Source: Dicyema japonicum
Lineage: Eukaryota; Animalia; Dicyemida
Reading direction: 5' to 3'
DNA: 64,000 nucleotides
Assembly (NCBI GenBank): GCA_011109175.1
Contig: RDEW01000043.1
Coordinates: 124,001 to 188,000 of the forward strand
Made by a program: the position numbers and the translations under genes. Shown in pieces: positions 1-10,691 of this stretch. The notes below the pieces were generated by a model. The model had not been told where the DNA came from. It did no database searches and saw only the letters and a list, made by a program, of their open reading frames with translations. Each line of letters starts with the position of its first letter. Position 1 is the stretch's first letter.

Positions 1-297
1 AAGTTTATTTAACCCCTCCATTCCATTTAAACCAAACAATTCAGGGTGTTTAAAATAATACTTGAAGAGTTAATAACATTCTTTCGTCTGCCTCTTTAAT
101 ATTTCCTAGAGAATTATCAAATATTTAAAGGCACTTATTAAATTCATTGCTTTTATCAATTCAGACGTTTCTATTTATTTTTCTAAAAGAATATCTTCTC
201 TAAATTCGACATTCAAAAAATCCTCTTCTACCATGGGTAAATTATACTTTAAAACAAAATCACTATAATTCTCATTTTAAATTGTTGCATCAACTTA

Positions 298-791
298 CAC
301 TCAATCCCATAAATGTTGACCCAATTCCCATAAATGGTGTCCAAGTTGTATATATTATACTAATAAATAATTTAGGAAAAAAGTATTTTATTCAATTAAT
401 CTGTTATTAATTCCATTTACCCTTTCCCAAAAACTGTTGTAATATCTTTCTTTTACGGCCTACTGTCTTGTAAATATCACCGAAAGTAGGATCCTCGAGT
501 TCACAGCTTTCGATCTTTTGTATACACCTGTTCAAACTCTTTTTACTGATCGAAGTGATGTCAATCAACTCTTTTTTTGTTTTAACTTTGTAAAGTCTTT
601 TAATTTGATTAAATAGACTTTCGTTCATAAAAACCTTGCGACTTCTCACATCTGTATTAGTTGATACCATAATGGGGGAAATTAAAATATAGATTTACTC
701 GTGTATATTTATATATATATAACTTGGAAATTATTTATGGGAATTGGGTCAACATTTATGGGAATTGGGTCATAATTTATGGGATTGAGTG
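298..791 (-). mobile_element. Non-autonomous Tc1/mariner-superfamily deletion derivative (MITE-like) with an internal HTH-like transposase N-terminal remnant
   Basis: Inverted termini CACTCAATCCCATAAAT...(298) and ...ATTTATGGGATTGAGTG(791), each flanked by TA (296-297, 792-793). Subterminal ATTTATGGGAATTGGGTC-type repeats. Internal ORF 407..670(-) resembles a transposase DNA-binding N-terminus ending GRKRK. Confidence 0.8.
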
Positions 792-864
792 TATTACATT
801 TGGTAGTAAATACATTATATCGACATTTTTCAAGTAAATTTTAATGAACCCACTGAATTGACTA

Positions 865-1079
865 CGGGCTTGACGAGCGACGCCGTCATCAGTGAACTTC
901 ACTGCGGAACCGGATCGTCAATAAGGACATACACCCAAAAAAAGAAAACAAAGAAGTGAAGAGCATTCCTTGATCCTCCCTCGATTAGCTATTATAACTG
1001 TTCTTTGCTTAAAATAAAGTGTGTCTGCCTGCAGGGAGCGATAACAGATATGGCTCCTTGGAATGTGCGATTATTATTA
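865..1079 (+). mobile_element. SINE family 1, 5'-truncated copy
   Basis: Shares core GGGCTTGACGAGcGACGCCGTCATCAGTG..CACTGCGGAAC, the AAATAAAGTGTGT block and an (ATT)n tail with copies at 19215-19530, 19695-20003 and 44699-45017. Confidence 0.85.
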
Positions 1080-1408
1080 ATGAAATATTTTTTAAGTTGG
1101 CAGTTAGGAGGAGTTTGCGATATGATTTGGGAATTTTCTATAAAATTTGGCGGTTAGTAGGATTTGAAGGTTAAGAAAATTGGCAGTTAGGAGGAGTTTT
1201 ACTGTAATTATCCCAACAACGCTTACGTGAACTTCATTTTTCTGGGTGTTTTCAAGTTCTAGCTTTGTTTTATTTTAGCTCAACGACATAATGAAAGAAG
1301 TTGCTCAGACCAACCAATTAAGTGATAACGGCATTCTTTATGAGGAATCTTGTTATCCTTAAGTTCCCATCGATTTCATGGATTTCCCGTTTTTCTTTTA
1401 AGACTATA

Positions 1409-2274
1409 CCTTTTCAAGTTCAAATTGGGAATAAACAAAATCCCTTGTACCCATTCCCATGCAGTATTCATTCTGAATGATCCACGTTTTATTTCATAAA
1501 ATACCACGCCATTTATTCCAATGCATCCAATCAAATGTATGTTTTCCACTTTTGAACAAGAAATTGCCGTAGTACAACGTTCGCCTCTTATTGATCTTCC
1601 CGTTCTTCGGCTAATATGAATGTTAAAATTAGTTTCATTCATAAAACAATAGGAACGTCATTTGGTTGGTACTCAAGAAGCTTCTCTGCAAATCGTTTCC
1701 TTTTCTGTTCATTTTCGTCAAAGTTTGTGTATTTGGCTCGAAACGATTATTTTTCAAAGTATAGAGAGAATAATCAAGATGTACTCGGATTGACTTTGTT
1801 GAAATATTCAGAGCGAATGTTGATAATAATTCATCTTTTATTTGTTGAAGCGTCAATCTTGGATTATTTTCGATGCATTTAATGATACGATTAATATGCT
1901 CTTCCAAGATTTTCTGACGTCTTTTACCTCCTCTTTTGTCTTGAGTGAATTCTTCCAAGTGAATCCATCTATACAGAGTTGAAGTTTTGATCCTCAAATT
2001 CATAGCAAGTTCAATATATTTTCCATTAGCTTGATAAGCAGCAATTATTTGTTTTATTATTTCATTGGCTTCTTTTTTTAATATAACAAGAGCGAGGCAT
2101 GTCTGAATTTGAATAAAAAGTAATTTTTTAATAATTAATTAAGAATATATTAAAAATGTTATTTAAATTTCCATTTTGAATTTGTTTATTCCCAATTTGA
2201 ATTTGCTAATTCCTATTCTGAATTTGTTTATTCCCAATTTCATTTTGTTTATTCCCAATTTGAACCTGAAAAAG
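1409..2274 (-). mobile_element. Tc1/IS630-like transposon, internally deleted (transposase HTH plus first part of the DDE domain)
   Basis: TIR CCTTTTCAAGTTCAAATTGGGAATAAACAAAAT (1409-) versus ATTTTGTTTATTCCCAATTTGAACCTGAAAAAG (-2274), TA on both sides. ORFs 1635..2003(-) (DKRGGKRRQK...ENNPRLTLQQI) and 1376..1642(-) (NETNFN...NIHLIGCIGINGV) resemble an IS630/Tc1 transposase and run straight into the left TIR. Confidence 0.85.
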
Positions 2275-3619
2275 TATAGTTGTAGATGTGTGGACATGCC
2301 TTACGACAGATCTTAGTTATCGACGATATTATGGTGTGGTGACTGAGGTTAATGGGTAAAGCATAATTTCGGACCTTTTAGTGAGACGATAAGATCTTGA
2401 ATATTTTTTAGTGAGGAATCGTAGAGTGGATAGGTCTTCTGCTAGAAAATCAAATTTACTGTCAGCTTGTGCGAAGGTGTAAAATATTGAAGAGTATAAG
2501 TATGCTGACCTCACAACTGGTGTGACCTTTGTTTCTCTATATGTGGAATGTTTTGACTGTTTAAACTCACACTAGCAGTAATTGGAATTTTTTACATGGT
2601 ACATACAATTTTTTATTCCAAAAAAAGAACACTAAGGATCGAATGAGCCTCACCTCGTCTCAATGCTCATTTCTTTGACTGGAAAGGTTACTCCCAATTG
2701 TTCATCTTCAAACACATGTCAAATTTAAGCCAAATAGTAAAAGTACAACGGAACCATCAAATTAAATAACATAACGAGACTATTTTTTTAAATTTTCGAT
2801 AATTTCAGTCTTTTCCGCCAAAGTTTTATTAAAGAAAGTCTCGTTGTCCTCAACTTTCTTCAGCAAACACTATGAATGTCAAAAAGTGAATGCCTCATAT
2901 TTTACCTTCCAACTATCAGACTCCTCTTCTGCCATTCTGTAGCAGTTTTCTACAATTTTCTCAAATATTATGAATTCCAAACCTCAAGTCTAATGAGATT
3001 ATCAGTGATATCACTCATTCTAGAAATTCTCTCACATTTCGAAAAATGTGTCTTTTAACATAGAAAAAATAACTTTTTCTGAAGAATTGGCGGGGATGTT
3101 GAAAGATTCAGTTACATGTAGATTCTACAAAAAATAAGTCAATTTAAGACTGAATTTTGTTCTTCTTTGAAGACATTATTCGAAAATGGGATTATTGTTG
3201 AAGCTGTACTTTCCTCCAGGTTGGGTGTGTTTTCCTGATTTTAAGATAATTTATTGTATGAATACTTTAGTGTTTTCTTTCACGAAAACATCAGAGAGTC
3301 TTGTTTTTTCAGACTCAGGTTTTTCATCCGTCCGCTTAACCAAGATGCCATTGCTTTTTATTTTTAAATATATTGTACAAGTTATCTTCAGACGTTCGAC
3401 TATTGCCACTAAGCATCAAAAATTAATGACCGCTAAACATTTAATTTATATTATTTACTAATTATTTTTAATGAATTAATTTAAACAATTTTTTATTATA
3501 GACTGACATTTTAGGTACTTTAGGTACTATAATAATCAAAATTAGATAAAAAATAGTCTTTTTGAAAATGTTGTTAGCGTGGTGTCATGTGGCTCACCAG
3601 AAATGGTGTCACCCATTCC

Positions 3620-3835
3620 AAAATGGAACGAAAAGAGCCAACAGCTTCTCCCCACCGTCCGGTGGTCCTTTCATCTCCTGTGTCTTCGACTCTGTCTGGT
3701 GTCTCCATTTATCCAGACTTTTGATTCTTCTATGTGGAGACTCGAATTGGCACATTGATTGCGAGGACTGGGATCACCTAACTGTTTGACTCTTTTGTCT
3801 TTCTTTCTCGGTGTTCCCGGGGTTATTAAAAAAAT
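3620..3835 (+). mobile_element. 3' end of an I/Jockey-group LINE
   Basis: Ends LIARTGIT* (GGGATCACCTAA), then a ~60-nt UTR and CCCGGGGTTATTAAAA; same terminus as the RT-bearing copy at 39878-41100. Confidence 0.6.
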
Positions 3836-4199
3836 TAGATAACTATGTTTTCTTGGACATCAGAGACGGGAAAATGTAGAAAAGAAACAGGTTCAGGGTG
3901 TATCCCTGGGGTTAACTCTTGTCAGGACTATCTCTTAGATATGAAGTTTATTCTTCAAAAACGATTTTTTCACATAGAGAATTTTTGATCCAATCTTGTA
4001 TAGAAATCGGTGTGCTGTTTTAGTAGGGTCTGGGTCATCTTGAAGATATCAAGGTAAATTACGTAGAAATGAAACCTATGATCACGTCCAAGATGGAATA
4101 GATAATGCCCGCAGGACTTTACCAAACTAACCTTCGGTTATTGCTTGACGCGGTTGTTCAGCAGTGGACTGCAAACGGGCTTGGTGTTCCAAAGAACTT

Positions 4200-4930
4200 T
4201 ACCTCTCAAAAGGACTGGGATGAAATCCTTTGTGAAAAAAAAAACTAAATGAACTTGGAAGGTCAAAATTAGATAAATACCATCGTCGCACATGTCTGAA
4301 TGCAGCTTCTGTTGAGAATTCGGGGTCCTGGCTCAATGCCATCCCGGCGCGGGAAGTTGTTACTCTGCTTGACGGGAATACAATCCGCGTTGGAGTTGGT
4401 CTTGGCTAGGTCTTTACACCGTCTTTGAACGTCGATGCCGATGTGGTGGAATATATGACAGGAAAAGTTACACCCGCTGTCATGCAGACGGAGCTCCGGG
4501 AGATTCCTTCGTCACACAATTTTAAACTCGAAGGTCATGAGAGCTATCGAAGACGCAGGGTATACTTGCCTTCTGGAACCTGTCGGTAGACTCGTTATAC
4601 CAGACCCCACCAACTGGGACAAACTCATTGGCTTCTCCTTGTTTAATTAGTTTTTAATCAGTAACGAGTTTGTTATGTTAATAAAATTATCCATCTATCG
4701 TCGGTGTTGTCAGAAGTGATGCCAAGAGGCCGGATGGCGCAACAACAATGCCATGGAGCCAAGGGGTGTCTTGCTTGGATTTCAACGTGCATGGACACTA
4801 TCTCTAATAGAAATTTTCTTAAGTCATCGTTGCACGTTGGTTCCGCCGCGAGCAACAGAACATTGGGATCGCTATCATGAGAGGTAACTGCCATTGCGTA
4901 CTCAATGCATTCAGGCCACAATGGAGACCT
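4200..4930 (+). mobile_element. CRE-like (RLE-type) non-LTR retrotransposon, decayed 3' part
   Basis: SGSWLNAIP, then LEPVG[112-bp insert]VVRSDAKRPDG, then IAIQRAN-like end: the CCHC/PD-(D/E)xK restriction-like endonuclease region, homologous to 38986-39689. Confidence 0.8.
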
Positions 4931-5306
4931 ATCATAACAACTTTACTTATTATCAATAAACTATACTTGGCTTAAATAAATAAGTTATATATTTAAAAAA
5001 AATAAATTTCACTCAAAAAAATGTTTTTAATAAAATTCAAATTAAAAACAACTTAAATCCTTTAACTAAGTTGCCAGGATTGCGTGAGCGCTCCCTCTGA
5101 TCACTGCTATTTCGAGCCTCTGTTTTAAATTCCTTTGAGTAGCTTCTCTTCTAAGGGATCTGTCGTTCAATATTGAAGAAAAAAGTGTCCATCATATCTC
5201 CCATAACCTTGGAAATCTTTATCGCAATAGAAACGAGATGATATATTTGCTGGAGTAATTCGTACTTTCTGGATATTCATAATTTTTTTAGGTTGACAAA
5301 AAAATG

Positions 5307-5378
5307 GGGCCTGGCCGGGATTCGAACCCGGGACCTCTCACACCCAAAGCGAGAATCATACCCCTAGACCACCAGGCC
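5307..5378 (-). tRNA. tRNA-Pro-TGG: tRNA-Pro(TGG)
   Basis: GGCCTGGTGGTCTAGGGGTATGATTCTCGCTTTGGGTGTGAGAGGTCCCGGGTTCGAATCCCGGCCAGGCCC: full cloverleaf, A and B boxes, anticodon TGG, followed by an oligo-T Pol III terminator. Confidence 0.97.
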
Positions 5379-5639
5379 ATCATCCTTCTATGAATTATTA
5401 ATATAACCCGATATACTAAATAAATGTGTGAACTAAGAGTAGTAATGTTCCGGGCTCCAAGAGTTTGTTCATCCATAGGATGCAACATGGGTGCCATCAA
5501 GCTTGAGAAATTCCTATAATTGTTTGACCTATCTGGAAACATAAAGATAAATCACAATGTATCTGATATTTCCGACTCGAGTTCAAGGAAGGAATTGATA
5601 AAGTCTATTTTGTGGATACAATTATATTTCCTTTTGGAG

Positions 5640-8050
5640 TCGGAAACATTAAGATAACTAATATCAACGATAGACCCTCAGAGGTTAGAGCTTATCATAC
5701 TAGATTTAGGATGAAGACACATAGTATGGTCCTTCTGCAGGGACAGAGTGTTGGCAAAATAAAGGTGTTTGGAGAGTTATCTTGAACTCTGAGATTGAGA
5801 AGGCCAGAAACTTCAAATATCTGTTGATTTTCGTCTGCCTGGATATATCGAAGGCCTTCAATAGTGTCTGCCATGACGCCCTGTTTTGTCAGCTAGCTGA
5901 AATCCAAAAACTTTTACTCGATTGGTTAAGGAATCTTCTGAAGGGAAAAGATCATTTTGAGATGTGAAGGATTTACTTCTGAAGAGATTGTTGTGAAGAG
6001 GGGAGAGCCACAAGGCTCAGTCTTGAGTCCTCTTCTCTTTAATTATTTATGAGAGATTTTCCGGCTCCCAGGAATGCTAGTTAACGTGATTATTTACGCG
6101 GACGACGTACTGATATCAGACATCTAGAAAAATCCGGTGGTGTCTGAGGGAAGATTACATGGATTTTTGGAAGAAATTCTCTCCTGGTATAATTTTCATG
6201 GCTTAAGTCTCTCACTGGAAAAGTCAAAAGCCATGAGAATTTTACATTATAGAAAGTTGTTTCAACAGGAATACACATTGAGTGGTATCAGTAGTATTGA
6301 TCATTTGCGTTATTTGGGTGTCTGTTCTGGATGTAGAGGAGATTATGGTGCCAAAATAAAGAAAAAGGCTTACCAAGCACTTGTATGTCTACAAAAACTC
6401 GATTTGAAGATGGAGACGTTTATATTTTTGAAAGAATTATTTTGCTCTCACTCGTCTACGGATGTGAAGGATGGTAGGATGGTATTTTTCGCCCAAAAGA
6501 AAATAATCAATATTTTGGACAAGACAAGGAGGATGGTAATCAAGCTGGCCCTTCGTAAAAGGGGTGAAGAACCACTAGATGAAGAGGAGGAAACCCTGAT
6601 CAAATCAGTAAGGAGTGTGATAGTTGAACGGATCGAGGGTTTTCTCCTGAGGACCAAAGTGGATGATACGTCATTCAGAAGATATTGTGAAGCTAGAGGA
6701 GGGGTAAACTGCGAAAGAATCAAGGCCTCACGGCAGGATTTTTAATAACGTAATAAAAAATGTTATGTTATTATGGCTAAAATATTAATCGGATCCAGCT
6801 CAGAGGCTACGTCGTTCATTCAATTTGGGTTCATGATTGGACGTGAGACTATTCCGTGCGAATGGATGAGAAGGCCTCCTCCAAGATGCTATTTGAAAAT
6901 ACTGTGGACACACATCTTTTTATGCAAAGAAAAGAGGCGGTGTTTTCGTTGCGCAGGGTAACACGATCTTACTGAATGTGAGGAAGAAAAGGAGTCGAAA
7001 ATCAACTATTAATTGTGATTCAACCAATCACTACGCAAGATTTGGTGGGTGTCCAGTCGCTAAAAAGGCTGAACTAAACTTTCAAAAAAGGAAGCCGAAA
7101 CCTATGCTATATAAGACCGTAAAAAAGATAGGATTCAACGGAGTCTGTATCTCCAGCGACTAGTAATCCAGAGAATGAACGATCTTGGTTGATGAAGCCA
7201 TCTGTTAAACAGATTTTGGAGAAATCTCTGTCTCCTAGTCTCTGAGAGGACGTCTGAGAGATAATTTCACGACTGAACGATGTATGTTCTACAGCAAAGA
7301 TGGATTTAACAGAAATGGTGGCCTTGTCTGTTAAAAAATCGGGCCACCAAAAGTTTACTGATAGAGAGGTCTAAAGATAGCATTGGTGAATCCCCGTTCC
7401 TTAAAGAAAATCCATAATGAACTAGCACTTCTTACAGCGGCATCTAAGGTCGACATACTCGTGGTGGATGAGACGAAGCTAAGAAAGGTACTGTTCCATT
7501 CTGGAGGATTATCAATCTGTCCTATGAAATAATGCTGCACTTGCTGGTACGGTAACGTCAATTTTCTATCGGGATTATCTCCGAAACAGAAATCTCTGTG
7601 TTATCTTTGCTTGTGAATTCTTATCTTTGAAGATTGTTGTGCAGGGTTGTTAATATGTTCTGGTGGATTGTATTCTAAAAACCATGAGACGTGTAATAAG
7701 GAGATTGCAGAGGTCTTCAACGTGAATTCTAACTCAATACTAGTAGGAGACCTCAATGTGAAGAATGTTCGCTATGGATGAACTAAGATAAACTCGATAG
7801 ACGGCTTTTGAAGCTTCTGGCTAATTGTGTGGTTTTGATGTTTTGAAGATCCAAACCATTTTTCTCCTTATGACGGCAGCAAACTGGAGGTTATTCGTAG
7901 TCTCATCACCTTTTTATTTATGCAGAAGAGCCTAGAACTATGTAGAATATTGGAAGTGACCACATTCCTCAAGAATTGGTCGTTAGTGTGAAAATTGATT
8001 TTATGGAAGATGTTTTATTTAAATCCAACGTATCTCATGTGGACTGAGTT
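5640..8050 (+). mobile_element. Decayed APE-type LINE remnants (RT, gag-like CCHC knuckles, APE)
   Basis: LDISKAFNSVCH, G.PQGSVLSPLLF, YADD-like and YLGV motifs (5780-6350); zinc knuckles CFRCAG*H and NCDSTNHYARFGGCP (6930-7070); LVGDLNVK APE motif (~7740). The order RT-gag-APE implies two adjacent copies. Confidence 0.65.
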
Positions 8051-8099
8051 TCATATCGAATAACCTCTGTCACCACTTTCAAGAAAGACTAGTTATTTT

Positions 8100-8800
8100 G
8101 TTTCGCTATTATTAAGATTATATACGTGAAAGGAATTGTCTAAGGGCGAAATAGAGACGCTGTATTGACAGGAGGCTATATCTGAGAGATTATTATTACG
8201 CACATCCGCAACAAAAAGTCAATCCATTGACGTCGCTTATGCCGCACCCCGGATAATCTTTGCAGTCAGATTTTTCGGTAATCGTCTAAGTCATCAGCAT
8301 TTTCCAGTTGCATTTGACATTTTTAGGTAATTGTTTATGGTCAATGGAAGGGTTGTCCGTGGTCTTAGGAAATATGATTCCATGATGTCATTTGCTGGAG
8401 CAGCAGGATCCATTCTCTAGATATGTCCAAATAGTCCCCATCGAGTGTTCCTTATAGTGGTCTCCAAGCTTTCAGATTTACAGATAGTTCATAGGTTCTG
8501 CTTGCTGATCACAGAGATTATTATGATTAAGAAGATTAGAATATGGAAAGATGAAATTGATCGAAAGTCGAGGTTATTAGTAAGAATCCATCAGAAGTTG
8601 TTGTGTTCGAGAACAGGAACTGAAAGGAAAATGTTAATTAAGGAAGATGGCAGTGTAGGTACGATAGAGAAACTACCAATTACAAAATATACGGTGCGTT
8701 GAAGTTCCCTGACGATAAAAAGGGAGATTCGAGTAACTTGATTAAGTACATGGAGTTACACTATTAAAAGTGGTGACGACGGTCAGAGAATTCGAAACCA
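8100..8800 (-). mobile_element. Highly decayed APE-LINE fragment
   Basis: GNFNA (GDFNA-like) motif near 8700 on the minus strand; otherwise heavily interrupted. Confidence 0.3.
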
Positions 8801-10691
8801 AAGCCCAATGCTCAGGGCTGTGATAACATAACATGGTTATCTTCAAGAGAGAACTGGCATCCTATTTTGGGAGTGTTTTTAACTAAGTGACAGATATGAT
8901 GATAGACAAGAGACTAAAATTTGAAGTAAACTTTGAATACTCGGTCGAGAATGATTGGGGGATCAATTTGTAATCTTCATTATGCGAACAGTACAGCAAA
9001 AACCTGTTACTACTCGAGACTGTATACATTGTGCTATTCGTTAAAAGTACATTATTGATTTTTCATGCAACAGTGATTATGTTCGCAAGCACAATAGAGT
9101 TGAGGTGCATTTATTTGCATCTCCACAAAAAATGGAATTGGAAGATAAAGGGACATTTAGTACAGTTGGTAATATCGACCCAAATGTAGAAATTCAAGTT
9201 GATACAGGGTTTTACCACATTAAAGCTTCACAAAGAATTTTGGGAATTACTAACTTAAAAGTTTCAGTAATTAATTTCAAAAAACTTAAACAGCTCTCAC
9301 ATAGTGCAACCAAAACTTCCTTCCTTTTTTATTTCCTTCAAAATTTTGGGTTTCTATGTCTCCTGATCCGTCACCTTGTCCATACTCATGAGTAGAAGGA
9401 AGACTAAACTTTCATCCATCTTTCGTGGGTAAGTCACCAACTCAACTTTTTGAGCAATTACCCACTTGACTAACTGGTTATTTCAATAAATTCATTTTTT
9501 GATATTTTATTTTTGAGAAAATGATAAAACCGACTTTTAGAGACACATACGACAGACTCTAATAATTGTTTGCTAAGGGAAATCTTGCATCTTTTTTACA
9601 ACTGTATTCATAATATCAAATTCTATTTTATTCACATCAATTTATTATTCCTTCCGTAAAAACTGCCACTACCAAGAACAAGGCAAAAAGAGAGAAAATC
9701 GTCCAAGTCGATGTAATCCGATAAAACGATTCATTTTTTATTTTAATAAAAATTTCGATTATACTCATGTGGGAAAATTTCCAACCAATCTATGTGGAGA
9801 CATCGGAGTACTATGCCTAAAATTATGAAAGTTAGTCGAGTGTGTTTGCATACACACGTATAAGTGAATATAGAACGACTTAATGTCTCTTCTAAAATAT
9901 TGGCCTTATGGGATATGGGTAACGGGGGACTCATTCTTTGAATACCAGCAAATATTTACTTCCCATTAACATTTTGTTTAATGATATTATTTAATATTAA
10001 TTTTAATGATACGATGAGAATCAGTAAAGTAATTATTAAATGAAACCCTTAAAATAAAAAAATTTAATTAAGTCTTAAGAGTCTATTTGCATGTATTGAA
10101 GTATTTTACTAAAATAACAATAAAAAAAATTAATGTTACATTTAGAAAACTTCACAGGATAACTCTTTGTGGGAGAAGAGTTTTTGAGAAATAGTGAATT
10201 AGTTATTTATTATTAGTAGTCATCTAATCAGAATATTAAAAATAAATCAATTTTAATAATCTCATTCAATAAGTAATTGATAATTGTCTGTCAACAAGGA
10301 GGCACATGTAATAAACGTGTTAATAACTAAAGGACTAGGAAATTACAAAAAAGTCAATTTTACAAATAACAATTTGAAAATAGTTAAAATTTCCAATTTT
10401 GGGAGTATTCAAAAAATGAAATTCAGAAGCGAAAATGCCATTAATTTAAAGACATCACAAAATGATTAATTAATTATTAGTTAGATAAGTTAACTAACTA
10501 AGTATTAATCAATTATAATCAAAGTGACAAAATAATATTATATTAATTAACAAAAATAAAATAATAAATAATTATACAAAATATAAATTAATTTTTATTT
10601 AATAAAAATTTAATAAATTTAAGATTTTAGGTTGGCGAACCAAAAGATTCTTAATAAAATTTGCAAATATAACGTGCGATTGTAGCTCCAT

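Noticed and set aside
2300-3460. R4-like remnants on the minus strand
   Set aside because: Only faint resemblance (KFDFLAEDL); not enough to call.
9080-9400. MULE/Harbinger-like transposase remnant (DKGTF, VDTGF)
   Set aside because: The motifs are too short and point to different families; no termini found.
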